Assembly (NCBI GenBank): GCA_977017575.1 | Contig: CDRNVI010000060.1 | Coordinates: 434,001-498,000, forward strand | Length of the DNA stretch: 64,000 nt | Direction of reading: 5' to 3' | Source: Paramoeba atlantica | Taxonomy: Eukaryota; Protista; Discosea | Shown here: one piece after another, positions 57,963 through 64,000 of the stretch | How the letters are laid out: every line of letters starts with the position of its first letter | How positions within the stretch are numbered: position 1 is the stretch's first letter | Notes under the pieces: generated by a model | What the model saw: only the letters and a program-made list of their open reading frames with translations | Database searches by the model: none | What the model was told of the DNA's origin: nothing | Position numbers and translations under genes: made by a program

Positions 57963-60900
57963 ATGTTCGCTCGTCAAGCGAGATTTGGAAAACACTTCAC
58001 GGACGACATCGGGGCGACATCGGGAAATCTTCTGCAGGCTACCCGGAGGGATGATTGTAGCGAAGGACGCTGTACCGCTTCTCCGAACACCAGAATCAGC
58101 GAGCCGAGCTACAATAAAAGTGAGACCGCACCGAAACCCAAGAAGACTCCACGAATTAGGGTTATCAGTCAAAGCACAGGAAAAGACATTTCTCCAATTT
58201 GGGCTGACCACGAAATTCATGATCAAGTGGAAGCGAAGAATTCGAATCTCATCAAGTTGAAGAGATACACGATGCGAAACAGAATTGAACGAGGAAATAT
58301 CGATATAGAAACTTCGGAAAATGATGAATCGAACGCCTCAAAGTCCGAAGACGAAAAAGCGACACAATCAGATTCTATGTCGACAGACGGTGAAGAAAAC
58401 AAGAGCAACCCATGTTTCGCAAAAGCCCCTGACCAAGTCCAACAAATTATTAGAGAATGGGGCAAAGGTACGACTTGCGAGGTGCGATGGGGATTTAGCA
58501 GGAATAAAGAGATGTACCACTCCGTTGGCGAAGTCGTAAAAAGATCCTCACGGAAAGGAATGGTAAAGATACAGATTTCTTATAAGGAGGGGAAAGGAGA
58601 GGGTCCACAAGGTATCCTACACTTACCGCCGTCAGATAGAATTAAAATATGGTCGCTTAGTGCTGTTAAGCTGAATAAGATAAAGGCGATTGGGAATTTC
58701 CTGGACGAGAAGAATGAAGATCAAGACGAAGAAGAAGAAAGCGCCGAGAATAACCAAGACTATGAACCTCTACCGACATTCGTTCAAATCGATCCATCAT
58801 TTGCAGTTCATGTAGTAGCCATCTTCCGATCCATTGTACGAGACTACCCTAAAACCATTTTAGAATCAGAGAAAACTGCCATATGGCACAAATTGCTGGA
58901 TGCTCCAAGGGATTCGTTGGCCACAGTTCGTCTCACTTTGAAAAGAAAACAGAGTTCAGCCCATCGCCGTAGACACCGCGAGCTCTTAGACGACCAAAAT
59001 CTGAGTGAAGAACAACGTCAAGAACTTGCAATCGATCAGCGGTCAATAAGAAACGCACTGACAGCAGCAAAAGCAGGAAATTTGAGTAAAGCAACACGGA
59101 TTTTGGACAATGTATACCGAGAGTCATCTCTAGAACCGCATGAGAAAGTTTTCAAGTTGAAAGAGCTCCATCCTACAGGACCCACCCCCAAACGTTTAGA
59201 AGAAGATTTTCCACGGATTGGGGTAGTTGAGCAATCAGAGCTTCGGGTGGCAACAGAAAAGCTATCTCGAGGAGCAGCGCCGGGACCAACAGGCTTCAGC
59301 GAAAGCATGATGCGACTTTTAGTGGAAGATGAGGAATCCTGCCTAGCGCTTTGCCACATGTTTCGTGACGTCATCAATGGTGATGTAGCAGAAAGCGTAC
59401 GTAAACGACTGACACGCTGCAGAATAATTGCTCTAGCAAAGCCGCAAAACGGCATACGACCAGTTGCAATGGGCGACACAATTCTAAAAATATGCGGTTC
59501 GATTCTCTTAAACAGACACGAAAGCTCCCTCAAAACCCTTTTCAAGCCAATCCAACGGGGTATTCTACAAGAAAGAGCCTGTGAGTCAATAGTGCATGAG
59601 TTGTTAGAGGAACGAAAAAACGGATACACTATACTCACAGTTGATTTCAAGAATGCTTATAATACGCCACATCGTACGGAAATAGCGAAATCACTGCTTA
59701 AGGAGCCGATCTTTAAACACTTCATGCGGCTTTTCTATCTAGAATACGGCCAGCCTTCCGAACTCCTTTTCTTCGCCAATAATGCATTACACTCGATTAT
59801 AGAAAGTTCTTCAGGAGTAAGACAGGGATCAGCACTTTCATCGCTCTATTTTTGCTCTCTCCTGCAACAACCGTTGAAGGAGGTCTCCAAAAATTATCCC
59901 GAAGTAAAAATTCGAGCGTACCAAGACGACGTTACAATGAGCTCAAAGAATGTAAAGTCACTGGAGGCAGCTTTTCATCATTTACGTGAACTTACCCAGG
60001 ATTTGAATTTACATATAAACTACGGAAAATGCGAGTGGTTCCGAAACACAAACGAAGTATTAAATAACACCAACCTCAAGGAGCTTGGCGTCACAACATG
60101 CGAACAGTCCATCAAAGTGTTAGGTGGATACATAGGAAGTGCGAAAGTTGTGGAACATAAACTGATTGAAAAGCTGAGTAAACATGAATGTCTTTTTCGT
60201 CGTCTACGGGTGATGGGGCCAAGTAACCTGTCGCTAGCAATCCTGCGTCGGTGTACTCTTCCACGTCACGATTATCATCTTAGAGTGCACGTTCCAGAGG
60301 CAACGTTTTCCCTCGCTGAGGTATTTGATAAAGAAATCCACAAAGTGTTGAGACGATGGTGCAATGCAGATGATGAAGCCCTCCGACTAGCTTCTCTACC
60401 ATGTAAGATGGGCGGCTTAGGCATAACATCGACGATATTGAAGCAACGCTATCTTTTTTCGATTTCCCGTAATTCTATTGATGAGCAACTTAAACCCACT
60501 AACGCTCCAGTAGATATCGCGGGAGAGCGGAAAGGTGCCAACCACAAGAAAATTTCCAGCCAAGCTGCACGTACTGATTTCAAAAAGCAGATTAAGCTAG
60601 AACATGAAACACTGGCTTCAGAACTGTTGCAAAAGGACAGATTTGCGGGCATTATGAAGCGATCAAAAGAAGCAAATCTCCACTTAGCAGCGACAAATAA
60701 TTACGTGAATCCGTATCTCTTCCGATATACACTCATGATGCGGCTTGGTATCGCACTCCAAGGTGCGCCGAATGAAATTACTTGCCCAGGATGCGGCGCC
60801 ACGGAAACACCACATGGAATCATTCCACATGTAGCTGGGTGTTCAAGATGTGCAGGGATGAACTGTACGAGAAAGCACTCCCACATCGTGCGCTACCTTT

Positions 60901-61424
60901 CCGATCTTTGTGCCAAAGCTGGAGTACCCTGCGCTATAGAACCACGCCTTCATTCTTCCTTCTTCTGCACGAAGTGCAAATGTTCCATTTCACCTGAAGC
61001 TGCAGAACATCACCCTTGTCGTGCTCGGAGAATTCGTTCAGGCCCTGATCTGGCCATAATGTGGCCAAATGTTGGGGAGATACTCTATGATGTGACAGTG
61101 GTGCACACTTGTTGTGGGAGCTACAAGCGGCAGACAAGCGTTGCCCTCCTCCAAAATGCGGTAGACCGTAAGCAACGGAAATATGTGCAGGAAAAAGGAT
61201 TGGACCAAGAATACTTTCGCTGCATACCAGTAACAGATTGTGGTCTTCTTCACAAAGAAACTAAGGAACTCCTCAAGACACTGGCAAATAGGGCAGGCCT
61301 AGACGCAGAAAACACTCGAGAAGCATTCCAATTGGAAATTGAAAAATTCTCCGCATACACTATCTTCTCGCAACTGCGGCAATATATGGCCCAAGAACAT
61401 TGGGTAGGAAGTCTGCAATGCTGA
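57963..61424 (+). CDS. Full-length F2 polyprotein (1153 aa): beta-barrel-like domain, RT, zinc finger, RLE
   Basis: GVRQGSALSS, AYQDDV, CPGC..H..GC, GPDLAI..YDVTVVH; no stops. Confidence 0.92.
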   Translation: MFARQARFGKHFTDDIGATSGNLLQATRRDDCSEGRCTASPNTRISEPSYNKSETAPKPKKTPRIRVISQSTGKDISPIWADHEIHDQVEAKNSNLIKLKRYTMRNRIERGNIDIETSENDESNASKSEDEKATQSDSMSTDGEENKSNPCFAKAPDQVQQIIREWGKGTTCEVRWGFSRNKEMYHSVGEVVKRSSRKGMVKIQISYKEGKGEGPQGILHLPPSDRIKIWSLSAVKLNKIKAIGNFLDEKNEDQDEEEESAENNQDYEPLPTFVQIDPSFAVHVVAIFRSIVRDYPKTILESEKTAIWHKLLDAPRDSLATVRLTLKRKQSSAHRRRHRELLDDQNLSEEQRQELAIDQRSIRNALTAAKAGNLSKATRILDNVYRESSLEPHEKVFKLKELHPTGPTPKRLEEDFPRIGVVEQSELRVATEKLSRGAAPGPTGFSESMMRLLVEDEESCLALCHMFRDVINGDVAESVRKRLTRCRIIALAKPQNGIRPVAMGDTILKICGSILLNRHESSLKTLFKPIQRGILQERACESIVHELLEERKNGYTILTVDFKNAYNTPHRTEIAKSLLKEPIFKHFMRLFYLEYGQPSELLFFANNALHSIIESSSGVRQGSALSSLYFCSLLQQPLKEVSKNYPEVKIRAYQDDVTMSSKNVKSLEAAFHHLRELTQDLNLHINYGKCEWFRNTNEVLNNTNLKELGVTTCEQSIKVLGGYIGSAKVVEHKLIEKLSKHECLFRRLRVMGPSNLSLAILRRCTLPRHDYHLRVHVPEATFSLAEVFDKEIHKVLRRWCNADDEALRLASLPCKMGGLGITSTILKQRYLFSISRNSIDEQLKPTNAPVDIAGERKGANHKKISSQAARTDFKKQIKLEHETLASELLQKDRFAGIMKRSKEANLHLAATNNYVNPYLFRYTLMMRLGIALQGAPNEITCPGCGATETPHGIIPHVAGCSRCAGMNCTRKHSHIVRYLSDLCAKAGVPCAIEPRLHSSFFCTKCKCSISPEAAEHHPCRARRIRSGPDLAIMWPNVGEILYDVTVVHTCCGSYKRQTSVALLQNAVDRKQRKYVQEKGLDQEYFRCIPVTDCGLLHKETKELLKTLANRAGLDAENTREAFQLEIEKFSAYTIFSQLRQYMAQEHWVGSLQC

Positions 61425-61780
61425 ATCTTTGAAGTTACTCCGGAAATCGTGCCAAACGCACACAAGATAACACACACAAAAAAAAACAGTGATGACGGCA
61501 CATAAGATAAAATACCAGATGAGGTTTTGGTTTTAATCTCACGACGTTGCAACATCTTAGGACAGACTTTGGTGATAAAGATAGATAAAAAGTGCAACTG
61601 AGTATTTGCAATGGTTATCAATTTATCAAGTTCTAAAAGTTTATATATATGGCCCAAGAACATTGGGTAGGAAGTCTGCAAGGCTGAATCTTTGAAGTTA
61701 CTCCGGAAATCGTGCCAAAAGCACGCAAGATAACACACAAAAAACAGTGATGACGGCACATAAGATAAAATACCAGATGA
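61382..61780 (+). repeat. Duplicated F2 3' end (61382-61520 and 61645-61780)
   Basis: Near-identical direct copies. Confidence 0.8.
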
Positions 61781-61987
61781 TTTTTTTATAGTTTACGGAG
61801 AGAATTGGTCGAATGAATTTTTTACATTTAACCAAGAATTGTAAATCATATAAGTTTTCTTTTTCGACTGCACGCTTATAGAGACAAAAAAGTATTGTCG
61901 GAGTTGAAAAAAAAAAAAAGACCTTTGTTTTTTTGAAGACCTTTGTTTTAAAAAAAAAAAAAAAAAAAATCCTCCCAATTCACACTG

Positions 61988-62665
61988 GTGGTAATGGCGC
62001 GACTCGGAATCGCGCACAGAAGAATGCCGAATAATTTTCTGTGCCCTGGATGCAAGATGATCCTTGAGTCTAAACACTCTCTGGCACATTTACTTGGCTG
62101 TGTAAAATGCACGGGGGCAAATGCAACGACAAGGCACAATGCACTAGTTCGGCACATATACGATCTATGTCTGCGAGCCGGGATCCCATGCGAGCGTGAA
62201 CCGCGACAATTCACATCATACCGATGCCTTAAATGTACCGAAGCGGTGAGCGAACAGCGAAAACAGGAGCATCAGAAAACATGTGGAACCACATCCTTCC
62301 ATCGAAGCGGCCCGGACCTCGTGATCTTTTGGGTGTCGGGTGAAATATTTTATGATTTCACGGTAACAAATGAACTATCGAAATCAAACATCCACAAACG
62401 GGGAGCCCAACTGATGCAGGAAGCAGAAAAAAGGAAGCTGGACACTTATGTAAACTCCGATCTAATTCCTCGGGAAAAATTTGTATGCCTATCAGTGCTT
62501 GCCGGAGGAGCCATGAACAAAAGCAGTGTCGCCCTTCTGAAGGCATTAGCTGATGCAAACGGACGTGATCGTGAAACCGTAGTGCGAGATTTTGGAATGC
62601 ATCTACAAGAATTAAAAGGTGTCATTCTGAACGCTCAAATGGGCAAAGCGTTGTCGCAAGTTTAA
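61988..62665 (+). pseudogene. F3 C-terminal zinc finger and RLE fragment
   Basis: CPGC, RSGPDLVIFW..YDFTV. Confidence 0.85.
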
Positions 62666-62789
62666 AATTTAATATTTAGTTATTCAATAGCCAGCTTACA
62701 AAGACGCGTAAGCTTAGTTAGTTACTATCCCCCTGACAAGGGGGGTAGCGCCAATACGAAACGGAAGAAAACAAAAAAAAAAAAAGTTC

Positions 62790-63600
62790 GTCCGTCGGCG
62801 TCGTGCGAAGGGAGTAAACCATCTGGCAAAACCCTGTGCACTGTCGGATGAGAGAGAAAGCGACCTGAGGGTCCTCCAGTTTCTCGATCGCTTCAAGGGA
62901 TTCCTCCGCCTGGGAAATCGCGCTGTCGAGGAGGAACTGACGGCTGTACGTCGTAGATCCGATGGGGCTTCCCAAGATGCTCAGATTACCTTCCATGTTG
63001 ATGTTGAGCCCGGGAATGTCAGGAAAGTGGGTAGTTTGATGAGATGAGGAAGGGTGTGTGATTATTTCGCACTTGGACGGATTGAGGTTCAGACCCCACT
63101 TTGGCCCTCCAATTTCGATGATATCTAGTGCGTGACGTACATCAGAAGCCTGGCCTGCAAGGACGCCATCATCAAGGTACCAGAGATTGAGATGAAGATC
63201 AGGAGCTCCGGCCTTAATTTCTGCGGCCATTTCTCTCATGACGAGCGAGAACAAAAGGGGTCCGAGCGGGTCTCCTTGTTGTGCGCCTTCAGAGGATTGA
63301 ACTACACGTGCGCCGAATGTCAGGTTACTGTCCGAACTGTAGCACCATTCCACGAACGGGCTCAACTCAGGGAAATGATGCCGTGTCAAGGCCATAAAGC
63401 TATTTCTTGAAATGTGATTGAAAGCGTTGCGAAGGTCAACCTTGCATAGCACAAAATCCTCGTTATTGATGTGGTGCGCAACCAGGCGCCTGCAAATGTG
63501 GATAACACGTTCGGCTCCTGCGGGCGTCGCCACTCCATATTGTTGATCTTTGAGGAGCGTTCTGGATTTAGCCTTTGCAGACAGACATCCTATCTTGCTC
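62790..63600 (-). pseudogene. F1 RT fragment
   Basis: DLRNAFN, QQGDPLGPLLFSL, WYLDDG. Confidence 0.9.
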
Positions 63601-63689
63601 GCTAGTCGGCGGAAGGTTTCCCCTGCGGCAATGGGGCGGACATCACCCTGACCCTTGTGTAAAGCACATAAGCGTCCGCCGGCGAAGCA

Positions 63690-63933
63690 GTGTTGGACTT
63701 CAGTAGCGATTCAGAAAACAGGAGGTGGTATCCGCCCCGTGGCCATCGGTGAGGTGCTGATGAAGCTTGCCGGCAACATTCTCGTTCAGCGATACGAATC
63801 CACGATTCAACCCCTTTTCGCACCAATGCAGCAAGGTGTGCTTTCAAAATCGGGGAGTGAGCGCATTGTACACACCTTAAATGAACGATACAGAAAAGGC
63901 GCGTGCATCTTAGCCATCGACCTAAAAAATGCG
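63690..63933 (+). pseudogene. F3 RT fragment
   Basis: RPVAIGE, MQQGV, AIDLKNA. Confidence 0.8.
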
Positions 63934-64000
63934 GGCTAGGGGGGACCTTCGATGAGTACTCATCGTAAGTTGTAGACTTTCGATGAGTCTCACGGAAAGT
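63934..64000. mobile_element. Left end of another MITE copy (runs off the window)
   Basis: Identical to 277-343. Confidence 0.9.

Overview
This is eukaryotic, almost entirely mobile-element DNA, with no recognisable host housekeeping gene, rRNA or tRNA. A recurring 36-38 nt sequence, (AA)CTTTAACGATAAAGATACAGTTTCTGTACCTTGTTG, carries the kinetoplastid/diplonemid spliced-leader (SL) core ACAGTTTCTGTAC, which points to a euglenozoan host. Contents: (1) a near-intact VIPER/Ngaro-type tyrosine-recombinase retrotransposon with A1-B1-A2-B2 split repeats (3-7106), plus fragments of related families; (2) three families of RT + restriction-like-endonuclease (CRE/SLACS-like) non-LTR retrotransposons, here F1 (WYLDD), F2 (YQDD) and F3 (YIDD), including full-length copies of each; (3) GG-ended non-autonomous DNA transposons with 8-9 bp TSDs that carry captured sequence; (4) structured SINE-like retroposons with 15-16 bp TSDs; (5) an intact IS30-family transposase element inserted, with a 6-bp TSD, into a eukaryotic retrotransposon whose empty-site copy is also in the window; (6) a 132-bp tandem array. 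The most notable findings are an ataxin-2/Pbp1 LsmAD-like domain at the N-terminus of three retroelement ORFs, SL exons (some tandem) fused to retroelement 5' ends, a conserved covarying 3'-UTR RNA structure, and the IS30 insertion. Many fragment junctions are abrupt, so assembly or amplification chimeras cannot be excluded. All homology calls are by motif recognition, not database search.
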